From Chamaesiphon sp. (lineage in GTDB: Bacteria > Cyanobacteriota > Cyanobacteriia > Cyanobacteriales > Chamaesiphonaceae): 64,000 nt of DNA. How positions within the stretch are numbered: the first letter of the stretch is position 1; each line of letters begins with the position of its first letter. Below the pieces are notes generated by a model. It was given only the letters and a program-made list of their open reading frames with translations. It searched no databases and was not told the DNA's origin. The stretch is from the NCBI GenBank assembly GCA_965246715.1, contig CBDFFH010000051.1, positions 1 through 64,000 on the forward strand. The letters run 5' to 3'. Below are positions 1-8,809 of this stretch, piece by piece. The translations under genes were made by a program, and so were the position numbers.

Positions 1-442
1 CGGTATAACCGCGTGCGACCATGTTTTTGAGTAGGGCGACGTTGGAGCGGATATATTCGGTGACGGTGGCTGCGCTGAGTTTAATCGTCGAGCCAGCGCA
101 GGAACGTTCGGCGGTAGCGTCGGTGAGTTCAAAGGCTTGTTCGACTTTGAGATCTGGTAAGCCTTCGATTTCCACAATCCGCCCAGAGAAGACGTTGAGC
201 TTGTTTTGTTTGTCGTTGGTGAGTAAGCCTTTTTGCATGGCGACGTAGGGAATCGCATTGACGACATCGCGGAGGGTGACTCCTGGCTGGAGTTTGCCTG
301 TGAAGCGGACTAAGACGGATTCGGGCATATCTAAGGGCATCGCGCCCAGAGCGGCGGCGAAGGCGACTAAACCGGAACCTGCGGGGAAGGAAATGCCCAG
401 GGGGAAGCGGGTGTGGGAGTCGCCACCTGTGCCGACGGTATC
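1..442 (-). pseudogene. acnB: Partial acnB copy 1 (3' portion, runs off the left edge)
   Basis: Collinear with 17119-17560 of the full acnB (offset 17118); homology stops at ...gccgacggtatc (442). Confidence 0.93.
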
Positions 443-822
443 AGCCTATGAACTCCTGTGGTTTGCTGAATGATGGCAAAGGCTTCATCGGGAGAGAGCA
501 CGATCGGAATTTGCTGTGGACGTTTGGCACGGATGGCATTAATTTGATCGGCAAGTTCTATCTGTAAAACTTGACGGTATAGAAACAAAATGGCATTGAG
601 AGCCTGGTTTTGAGTGGCGGCAGCCACGTTTCCTTCGACTGCTAGATGAGTTAAAAATTCCTCTATTTCTGCGACTCCCATGTCTTTGGGATGATGCTTA
701 TTGTGAAACAAAATGTATCGAACAATCCACTGTACATAGGTTTCTTCTGTACGGTAGGAATAATGCTTAAGACGGATTATGTCTCTAACTTGGTCTAGGA
801 GCTTCTTGGGCGGAGTTTGCAT
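443..822 (-). pseudogene. intI: Integron integrase (IntI-like), N-terminal part only; catalytic domain lost at the junction with acnB copy 1
   Basis: MQTPPKKLLDQVRDIIRLKHYSYRTEETYVQWI...LAVEGNVAAATQNQALNAILFLY...IPIVLS is the typical IntI N-terminus; the ORF reads into out-of-frame acnB after GVHRL. Confidence 0.9.
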
Positions 823-1098
823 AATGTTACAATAATTTGAAAAATTCAGCAGATCCACCTTAAATAGGATGATAGGTGGAAAGTTTCTGCTTTTGCATAG
901 GGAATATGCTGAATTTTTCAGTATATCTACCCGAATTTGGGTGAATGGGCGGAAAGTTTCCGCCTAATAATATTTGTACCGCTTCGTTCTGGGTTGTGGC
1001 ATTGATTTGAAGCTTACTCTTTGGTATTCAAAGTGAAGCGACTTGGAGCGGATCTGTTAGGTGGTTGATTAGGCGTTATTGGTAAAGCGATCGTAAGG

Positions 1099-1144
1099 AA
1101 CAACTTAAGTTGAGTTGTTAAGCTAGATAACATTTAAGTCGTGC
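1099..1144 (+). other. Candidate attI site
   Basis: Divergent from intI and just before the first cassette. ataac-atttaa-gtcgtgc: gtcgtgc is one mismatch from gttgtgc, the complement of the cassette's R'' (gcacaac). Confidence 0.45.
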
Positions 1145-1306
1145 AATTTGGGGCAGTCAGTTTGTGGTTAAAGTTCATTTACGCAGAGTTACGAGAGAGA
1201 ATTTCCGAGAATGTCTGAATCTTCAGGTGTCAGAGTCTCAGAAGGAGTTAGTTGCAACCACTACACAATCTCTCGGAGAAGCCTATGTTGACCCCAATCT
1301 TTTTCC

Positions 1307-2156
1307 GGCGTTGCTGGATTGAGGTATGATTGGTATCGATCGCCAATAATTAATTTGGGTTAAAAGTAATGGAATGTCCTGAATGTAAGTCAGTCCGCAT
1401 CAATAAGAACGGTTGCAAAAGAGGGAAGCAGAACTATATTTGTGTGGAGTGTGGTAGGCAATTTATAGAGAATTATGAATCTCCCAGAGGATCTGCCCAA
1501 GAAATTAAACAAGAATGTTTAACCATGTATGTAAATGGCATGGGATTTAGAGCAATTGAGAGAGTCAAAGGAATTCATAATACAACGATAATGGATTGGG
1601 TGAAGCAAGTAGGTGAACTCCTACCAGATTATTACGACCCAGAGCTAACGCCGGAAGTAGGTGAGTTAGATGAATTAGAAACGTTTGTGGGGTTTAAAAA
1701 AACAAAATCTGGCTGTGGACAGCAGTAGATCACTTCCGCCCAGGAATTTTAGGATGGGTATTAGGAGACCACAGTGCTCAAACATTTAAACCTTTATGGG
1801 ATGAGGTAGTAAATAAGTGGAAATGCTACTTCTATGTCACAGATGGGTGGCCAGTTTACCCAATGTTTATTCCTGATGGAGACCAAATCGTTAGCAAGAC
1901 TTACATGACCAGAGTAGAAGGAGAAAATACTAGACTGAGACATTATCTAGCTCGACTAAAACGCAAAACACTTTGCTATTCTAAATCTACACAAATGCTC
2001 AAGCATTCAATTCGCTTACTTATTGCGTTGCGGGTGACCCGCGACGCTCACTATCTAAAATTCGATCGAGTGCCAATTCCCACATCAATTAATAGTCACG
2101 ATCTTAGAGCGCGAGTACCACTCGATCGCCAAATCATACCTTAATCCAGCAACGCC
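1307..2156 (+). mobile_element. IS1-family insertion sequence (850 bp)
   Basis: TIRs ggcgttgctggatt(g/a)aggtatgatt; 8-bp TSD ctttttcc at 1299-1306 and 2157-2164. Confidence 0.95.
1369..2144 (+). CDS. IS1 transposase InsA/InsB, predicted -1 frameshift at A7C (1696-1703)
   Basis: Zn-ribbon CPEC...CVEC and HTH, ELDELETFVG, then -1 frame KNKIWLWTAVD...TDGW...RVEGENTRLRHYLARL. Confidence 0.9.
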
Positions 2157-2509
2157 CTTTTTCCTTTGGGTGTTTACGATGCTGCTGCGTGTGGTTACGA
2201 ACAACCTGAAGTACCCATGCTTGGATTCACGATGTATGAGATCGCTGCGGGTGTAGGATTTATTATACGGTTGATGGTGGATAAGAAGTATCAGCGGCAA
2301 GGGTATGGACGAGCCACCATGCTTGAGGTCATTCGCCGCCTCAAGTTATGCCCCGATGTTGAGATCATTGCGACCAGTTATCGAAAAGAGAATGAAATCG
2401 CTGCAAAATTATATCAAAGTTTAGGATTCCGGCAATGGGATATTGCTTATGCAATTTCTCATCCAACAGAGGAGTACGTAAAACTTGAAGGGTAGTGATG
2501 TTGACAGCG

Positions 2510-2596
2510 GCACAACAACCGTGTTGCAGCGGACGGTATCAAGATCTGGGTGGTGATGCGAAAGTTATTAGCCGCCGCTGAACACGACCGTTAGGC
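2510..2596 (+). other. attC recombination site
   Basis: R'' gcacaac; cgtgtt(g)cagcgg(a)cgg pairs with ccgccgctgaacacg leaving two extrahelical bases; R' gttaggc; starts 15 bp after the GNAT stop. Confidence 0.9.
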
Positions 2597-2766
2597 TACT
2601 TCGCACTGGTGGGTGAAGACGGTACACCAGATCGTACCTGTGGGTGTTCCATCACCGCGATGATTGTCTATCGAATAGTCAGCATAGACGATCTCAGATG
2701 CTCGATCGACCCTCGATAATGCCATACAATAGATGTACGTCCTCACCAACCGAGCAGCCAAACATC

Positions 2767-3093
2767 ATGAAAGCTCACCAAAATAGTATAAAAGTAAATA
2801 TTCTGCTCCAGCAACGAGCAGATGGAAAAACTGTTGCGTCTGTATTGGAAGTTCCCGATTGTACCGCTGTAGAAAATAGTCGAGAACAGGCTATTAGTAG
2901 CCTGCGAAACAATCTTATCGAGAAACTAGAGACAGTCGAAGTAGTTTCGCTAGAATTGCCCATGAACCAGCACAGAGAGCAGGAGCGGGGATGGTTGAGA
3001 TCTGCGGGAATATTCAAGACAGATCCACAATTTGAAGAATTTCAACAAGAGATTCAATCCTACCGAGATGAATTAGATAGTTTGAATTCTTAG
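2767..3093 (+). CDS. HicB-like-fold putative antitoxin
   Basis: VNILLQQRADGKTVASVLEVPDCTAVENSREQAI and C-terminal AGIFKTDPQFEE; directly upstream of a PIN toxin. Confidence 0.6.
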   Translation: MKAHQNSIKVNILLQQRADGKTVASVLEVPDCTAVENSREQAISSLRNNLIEKLETVEVVSLELPMNQHREQERGWLRSAGIFKTDPQFEEFQQEIQSYRDELDSLNS

Positions 3094-3114
3094 TGCATCG
3101 AACAGATAACCAAT

Positions 3115-3552
3115 GTGAGTATGTGGATTTTAGATACCGACCATTTATCTCTCTTACAAAGAGAAAACCCACAACTTATCAAGCGGTTGTCATTGCATCA
3201 ACAGGATCGAGTAGTCATCACGGTCATTACTGCGGAAGAGCAATTACGCGGTCGGTTGAGTGTAATTAGTAAAGCATCCGATCCCAAAAGCAAAACATCA
3301 CTTGCTTTAGCTTACCAAAATTTGCGTTTGACGATCGAGAGTTTACAAGAATTCGAGCAAATAGATTTCGATCTCGAAGCAGAATTAATTTATCATCAAC
3401 TGCGACAGCAAAAAATTAGAATCGGCACACAGGATTTACGAATTGCCTCGATTGTCTTAGCAAATCAAGCTACTTTGCTAACTCGTAACTATCGAGATTT
3501 TTCGCAAGTTCCTAATTTAATCATTGAAGATTGGACGAGAGAAGATCTGTAA
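3115..3552 (+). CDS. vapC: VapC/PIN-domain toxin
   Basis: WILDTDHLS...ITAEEQLRG...IGTQDLRIASI...LLTRNYRDF. Confidence 0.88.
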   Translation: MSMWILDTDHLSLLQRENPQLIKRLSLHQQDRVVITVITAEEQLRGRLSVISKASDPKSKTSLALAYQNLRLTIESLQEFEQIDFDLEAELIYHQLRQQKIRIGTQDLRIASIVLANQATLLTRNYRDFSQVPNLIIEDWTREDL

Positions 3553-3596
3553 CTTGGGCTGAAGAATGAAACCTAACAACATCATCTCCCTCATGC

Positions 3597-3928
3597 AAAT
3601 CCCCTCCTCTGCGCAGGCAGACGCTTCGCGAACGGAGGGGTGCCCGTAGGGCGGGGTGGGTAGATCTCCGCTTGCACTATCTCGCCCCGAATGTTTGGGA
3701 TTCAATGGAATACTGTCGATCGATTCTGACTGTTTAGATCGATCGCAATTCTCGATCGAATCTTCCAATTCCTCAGACATTACCAATAAACTCAAAATAC
3801 AGATCTAGTTTATCGAAGTTACTGGCGATCGATCGCGATCTCTAGTAATTAGCGTAGATCTGACCCACCCCGCCCTATCGGGCACCCCTCCGTTCGCGAA
3901 GCGTCTGCCTGCGCAGAGGAGGGGATTT
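3597..3928. repeat. ~70-bp inverted-repeat pair (3597-3667 and 3856-3928), REP/MITE-like
   Basis: aaatcccctcctctgcgcaggcagacgcttcgcgaacggaggggtgcccgtagggcggggtggg and its near-perfect reverse complement; a related shorter arm lies at ~59147-59198. Confidence 0.85.
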
Positions 3929-3943
3929 TTCATGCGATGTTTT

Positions 3944-5236
3944 TTAGACTTCGGCTAGCTTTCTCACCTCATCTACCGATACAGTTCGACCTTCGTCTTC
4001 AAAACCAGAAATCTGGTCGAAATTCAGATAGCGATACAGATCCCCTGCAAACGGATCGATTTTCTTACTCATCAAATCCAGATACTCCGGTACCGTCGGA
4101 ATCCTTCCCAACAGCGAACACACCGCTGCTAACTCTGCCGAACCGAGATAGACTTGGGCACCTTTACCCATCCGGTTATTGAAATTGCGGGTGGATGTCG
4201 AGAACACCGTGGCATTGTCGGCGGCGCGGGCTTGATTACCCATACAGAGACTGCATCCTGGCATTTCTGTCCGTGCGCCAGCGGCATCGAAGATCGCATA
4301 CATCCCTTCGGCTTTGAGTTGGGATTCGTCCATGCGGGTGGGGGGACAAATCCATAGCTGGGTGGTGACTGCGGGTTCGCCGTCGAGGACTTTGGCGGTG
4401 GCGCGGTAGTGTCCGATATTTGTCATGCAGGAGCCGACGAAGACTTCATCGATTTTCGTTCCGGCGACTTCGCTCAGGAGTTTGATATTGTCGGGGTCGT
4501 TGGGGGCGGCGACGATCGGTTCGGTAATTGTATTAAGATCGATCTCGATGATTTCTTTGTATTCGGCATCAGCATCGGCAGACATCAGGACGGGATTAGC
4601 CAGCCAAGCTTCCATCTGGGCGACGCGACGCAACATGGTACGGGCATCGGTATAACCCCGTGCAACCATGTTTTTGAGCAGGGCGACGTTAGAGCGGATA
4701 TATTCGGTGACGGTGGCTGCGCTGAGTTTAATTGTCGAGCCAGCGCAGGAACGTTCGGCGGTAGCGTCGGTGAGTTCAAAGGCTTGTTCGACTTTGAGAT
4801 CTGGTAAGCCTTCGATTTCCATAATCCGCCCTGAGAAGACGTTGAGTTTGTTTTGTTTGTCGTTGGTGAGTAAGCCTTTTTGCATGGCGACGTAGGGAAT
4901 CGCATTGACGACATCGCGGAGAGTGACTCCGGGCTGGAGTTCACCTGTGAAGCGGACTAAGACGGATTCGGGCATATCTAAGGGCATCGCACCGAGAGCG
5001 GCGGCGAAGGAGACTAAACCGGAGCCTGCGGGGAAGGAAATACCGAGGGGGAAGCGGGTGTGGGAGTCGCCACCCGTACCGACGGTATCGGGGAGGAGCA
5101 TCCGATTGAGCCAGGAGTGGATGATGCCATCGCCAGGGCGGAGGGCGACTCCACCGCGTTGGGCGAAGAAGTCGGGTAAGTCTTGGTGGGTGAGGATGTC
5201 TACTGGTTTGGGGTAGGCGGCGGTGTGACAGAAGCT
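3944..5236 (-). pseudogene. acnB: Partial acnB copy 2 (3' 1293 bp, frame open)
   Basis: Collinear with 16415-17707; starts at SFCHTAAY and ends at the same stop position. Confidence 0.95.
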
Positions 5237-6368
5237 ACTCTTCACCATTTCCTAAGCCACTTTCGGCTGCGCTTCTCAATGAAAGCCATAACTCTTTTAG
5301 GGGTTGACTCACGGCACTATCTGGCTCACTTAAAACAAGCTGCTGATATTCTTCAATGTACCTTGTGCGAGAACGATGAAATAAATGCAGAAAATGACGC
5401 AAAAAGCTGATGCAATCTAGCACGGCTATTTCTACTCCACCTGTTTTTTCGTAGAGGCTTTTAGCATAATTGTTTACCTCTTGCGGAATTTCTGATGTGG
5501 TGATAAAAATATAATTATCGATGTCTTTATCTAAAATCTTTTGGACGGCAAGATCGATATCTTCTCTGGTTGCTGGGCGCATTTTCATTTCGTAGCCAGT
5601 TAAAACTCGTTCGTCATTAATGAGGGTTATTTCGACATCACCAATCGCACCCGTTTGTTTATCAGCCGCGTTGTGACTTGCCAGAACTTTTGCCTGTTCG
5701 CCTAATTGTAAGCTTGCTGTTTTATATGCAGCCGTCACAATTAACACTGGTAATCTACTCGAATTGCGCCCTACCAGATGGCTTTTAATAATAGCAACAA
5801 TACTCTCTGAGGACAATGGAATCGCACCAGCTAATGGCTGTACTCCTGCCAAAAGTGTTTCGATTCGCTGCTGATTTTCATGTTTGACAATCAACAAAAC
5901 ACGAATGCTTTCAGCTAGTAAATCGTCAGCACTTACTATTCCGGTATGAACATCGTCGAGTAATTGTAGAGCCGCTTTATAAAGTTCTGGTGGTCGTCCG
6001 ACTAGGTTAGTATTTGGCGTGAGTGGTTCGCTACGGTTGCGAAGTGCGGGTGTCAGGAATGCAGTTGTGGTATTGCAGGGAAGACGATGTTCGGCGATGA
6101 ATTGTCCGATATACGCTTCATCATAAGTACGACCAGAAAATGTATCGGTGCCATCAATTTCGGTGTATGGTTTGCGAATATCTACTTGCGGTTTGTGAAT
6201 CTTTGCCAAACAACAGGACAATATCAAACGAGATAGAGCCTTGTTGCGAATATTACGACAAATTAATTCTATCCTTTGGCGAACACTTTCATTCTTGATA
6301 ATCGAATTAGTTATGTCAGTGTTGGCTCTTTGGAGGGCGATTGCGAGGATTTCTGCTGGTGTGTCCAT
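5235..6368 (-). CDS. Putative type II restriction endonuclease (SacI-family-like)
   Basis: Overlaps the end of a Dam-family MTase; SRLPVL...[16 protein letters not shown]...GYEMK PD-(D/E)xK-like motif. Confidence 0.7.
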   Translation of the reverse strand: MDTPAEILAIALQRANTDITNSIIKNESVRQRIELICRNIRNKALSRLILSCCLAKIHKPQVDIRKPYTEIDGTDTFSGRTYDEAYIGQFIAEHRLPCNTTTAFLTPALRNRSEPLTPNTNLVGRPPELYKAALQLLDDVHTGIVSADDLLAESIRVLLIVKHENQQRIETLLAGVQPLAGAIPLSSESIVAIIKSHLVGRNSSRLPVLIVTAAYKTASLQLGEQAKVLASHNAADKQTGAIGDVEITLINDERVLTGYEMKMRPATREDIDLAVQKILDKDIDNYIFITTSEIPQEVNNYAKSLYEKTGGVEIAVLDCISFLRHFLHLFHRSRTRYIEEYQQLVLSEPDSAVSQPLKELWLSLRSAAESGLGNGEE

Positions 6369-7183
6369 TCTATTCCTTTCGGTGGTTCATAATTCATCCA
6401 CAGTACTTCAGTCCGCGCTGACTTGACCGAATGACACATTTTTGCGTTAGCTCCCACGATATACCAATCACTATATAATTCATCCATCAAATCGCAATGG
6501 TAGCTCGATAAAGCAACTTTCCCTTGGACATTTCTAAGTACCGATGCGAGTTCTCGATGCTCTGTATCGGTCATTTCATGGGCGTATGCTTTAAAGTCGC
6601 CACGGGCACCATGTGGGTAAGGTGGGTCGCAATAGAATAGAGTATCTGCACTATCATATCGTCGGATGACATCGATCGCGGGTGCATTCTCGATTTGAAC
6701 GCGCAATAGTCTTTGCGCGATGAGTGATAAATCGTCGATACTACCGAGCCAGCGAGACACGGCTCCTGACATCCCAGCGCGACTGGTTAATAGGCAATGC
6801 GCCCAACGTCCCGCACTGGATGTTTGAGCGAGTCCAGTTCGCACTTGTCTAGCACACACGAAAAAACGCCGAGCGCGCTCTAGTTCGGTAATTCCTTCGG
6901 TTTGGCGTTGGCTGGCTAATGCTAGTTCTTCACGGGAGAATGGGGTTAAGCCGATGGCTTCAATTAGCGGCTCCTTGTGGTCGCGGAGGACGCGAAAAAA
7001 ATTCACGACTTCGCTGTGGATATCGTTGTAGGTTTCAACGGGAGACGGAGGGCGATTGATGATGACAGCAGCGGAGCCACCAAATACGTCGCAAAAATGT
7101 TGTGATGATGGTAGTAGGGGTAAGAGCCAGTCGAGGTGGCTATATTTTCCGCCATACCAGCCAAATGCGATCGATTTTCCCAT
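6311..7183 (-). CDS. Dam-family (D12 class) N6-adenine DNA methyltransferase
   Basis: FGWYGGK, DVFGGSAAV, YNDI, YCDPPY; ATG at 7183 (MGKSIAF). Confidence 0.92.
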   Translation of the reverse strand: MGKSIAFGWYGGKYSHLDWLLPLLPSSQHFCDVFGGSAAVIINRPPSPVETYNDIHSEVVNFFRVLRDHKEPLIEAIGLTPFSREELALASQRQTEGITELERARRFFVCARQVRTGLAQTSSAGRWAHCLLTSRAGMSGAVSRWLGSIDDLSLIAQRLLRVQIENAPAIDVIRRYDSADTLFYCDPPYPHGARGDFKAYAHEMTDTEHRELASVLRNVQGKVALSSYHCDLMDELYSDWYIVGANAKMCHSVKSARTEVLWMNYEPPKGIEWTHQQKSSQSPSKEPTLT

Positions 7184-7199
7184 AGTCTTTAGTTTAGAT

Positions 7200-7586
7200 T
7201 TATTCCCATCGTAGTTGAATTGGGTATGCAGTGAAAGCAGCATCACAGCTAACTAAAGTGAGAGAATTAGTAATGGCTTGAGCGATGAGAATCCTATCGA
7301 ATGGATCGCGATGATGAAGTGGTAGATTGATTATCCTAACTGTATCGGCAAACGAAATTGGTAGCAGGTCGATTCCAGCAGGTGATAGACTAGCCTCGAT
7401 CGATTCATAGTTCGATCGCAGTGACAACTTACCGATGCTTAATTTAATCGCAATTTCCCACAGACTAGCAATACTAAGGTAAACTCGATCGACCGTTTCA
7501 ATTTCTGTTTTTATCGATTCGGGTAATTTGGAGTCATTCTCTGAATACCAGATGAAAGCATGAGTATCTAGAAGTAGATTAGTCAC
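7200..7586 (-). CDS. vapC: VapC/PIN-domain toxin
   Basis: LLLDTHAFIW...SIASLWEIAIK...HHRDPFDRILIAQA. Confidence 0.92.
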   Translation of the reverse strand: MTNLLLDTHAFIWYSENDSKLPESIKTEIETVDRVYLSIASLWEIAIKLSIGKLSLRSNYESIEASLSPAGIDLLPISFADTVRIINLPLHHRDPFDRILIAQAITNSLTLVSCDAAFTAYPIQLRWE

Positions 7587-7801
7587 TCCACATACTCCTG
7601 AAAATCTTCTAGCGGCTTATTAAAGTCATCAGGCAGTGGTAGAGCAAATGTGCCCTTTAGAAAACCTGCTTGCCGCTTCTTCTGTGGTTGCAAAGTGCTT
7701 TTAGCATGAGTTTCTAGCAAAAACTGAGTGTAGTGGAGTACTTCTTGCTGAAGCGAATCAGGTAGTTTGTGCAGGTATTCTAAGATTGTAGTTTCTATCA
7801 T
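7583..7801 (-). CDS. DUF2281-like antitoxin
   Basis: LPDSLQQEVLHYTQFL...RQAGFLKG...LPDDFNKPLEDF; 4-bp overlap with vapC. Confidence 0.8.
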   Translation of the reverse strand: MIETTILEYLHKLPDSLQQEVLHYTQFLLETHAKSTLQPQKKRQAGFLKGTFALPLPDDFNKPLEDFQEYVE

Positions 7802-7858
7802 TTTGAGGGCCTCAGCTATTCATATTTTCAATTGTATTTATTTACATTGTTACTATCT

Positions 7859-8800
7859 CTACCAATTCTCTACAGTTGGTCTATGGAACCAATGATTAAG
7901 CTTGTCTTCATCTACATATCCTTTGAGTTCTGGATCTGGCCAAATGTGAATTTTATCAATACAGCCTAATTCAGTTGCTGCTGTTTCAATATAATTCCAT
8001 TGCTTGATAAAATACTCACTCCAAGGCTTTTTATGCGAGATAAGTTTGGCAAAATCTAATCCAGCCTCAACCATTCTTTTCCCATTTGTCCCACGAGCAT
8101 TAATAGGTTCCCAAAAAATAACTTCTGGATTAACTTGTAAAAGCTTGTCTAAATGATATCTAAAGTCATCTAGTGTCATAGTTGGAGGAGTTGGTGCCAT
8201 CGCGACATAAACTCGGCATCCAGCTTTGTGACCTTGAACTAGAGATTGGTATCGACGTGTAGGAGAAGGTGCATGAGGTTCTATTTTAAAGCTTAAATCA
8301 TCATCTGAATGAGGGATACTCATACCGATTATAATATTAGGATTAGATAATATATCTAAGTCTTTAGTCCACAATAGCCCACGAGTTAAAATTCTAACTC
8401 TTTTTTTATGTTTCATTAGCACTTCAATACTTTTAGTGCTAATATCTGCACAGTGTTTATTTTGATAAGGGTCGGTTCCAGAACACATCAAAACAACTCC
8501 TTTTCCTTCAGGAGTTTCATCCCAAACTCTTTTTCGACTAATTATGTCATCTAGTTTTTCTGGTATATTTTCTCTAATTAATAAGTATTCTCCCCAGTTC
8601 ATTTGAGGATCGCTAATACCACGACTTCTTAATTCATCTTGCCTCGTTCTAATTGCGGGTGTAGATGGTACATAGCAGAAAGTACATCCGTGCAAACATC
8701 CAGAAGCTATATTTATAACATAGTCACAAAGACCTTTCTTTTTTAATGCACTTCTTTGTAGGGGATTAATGATTTTTTCACTACCTTTAACAATAGACAT
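7859..8800 (-). CDS. Radical SAM protein, spore-photoproduct-lyase-like
   Basis: GCLHGCTFCY (CxxxCxxC), SGTDPYQ, RILTR, IEPHAPSPTRR. Confidence 0.85.
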   Translation of the reverse strand: MSIVKGSEKIINPLQRSALKKKGLCDYVINIASGCLHGCTFCYVPSTPAIRTRQDELRSRGISDPQMNWGEYLLIRENIPEKLDDIISRKRVWDETPEGKGVVLMCSGTDPYQNKHCADISTKSIEVLMKHKKRVRILTRGLLWTKDLDILSNPNIIIGMSIPHSDDDLSFKIEPHAPSPTRRYQSLVQGHKAGCRVYVAMAPTPPTMTLDDFRYHLDKLLQVNPEVIFWEPINARGTNGKRMVEAGLDFAKLISHKKPWSEYFIKQWNYIETAATELGCIDKIHIWPDPELKGYVDEDKLNHWFHRPTVENW

Positions 8801-8809
8801 AATTATTAC

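Larger units (their letters stand above)
1164..2495 (+). pseudogene. GNAT acetyltransferase (spermidine/diamine acetyltransferase-like) integron cassette gene, split by IS1
   Basis: GTG at 1164 gives MVKVHLRRVTRENFRECLNLQV...YVDPNLFP; removing the IS and one TSD rejoins it in frame to LGVYD...RLMVDKKYQRQGYG...LYQSLGF. Confidence 0.88.

Noticed and set aside
21..473. Plus-strand ORFs recurring in every acnB copy ([10 protein letters not shown]..., [10 protein letters not shown]..., and elsewhere MGTFTHPV...)
   Set aside because: Antisense shadows of acnB; they repeat only because acnB does.
962..1062. Second attC between gcctaat and gttaggt
   Set aside because: No convincing paired L boxes.
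3944..5248. 434-aa ORF as an independent aconitase-like gene (also 11522-12499)
   Set aside because: The start codons come from adjacent cargo DNA and the N-terminal domains are missing; treated as displaced 3' fragments.
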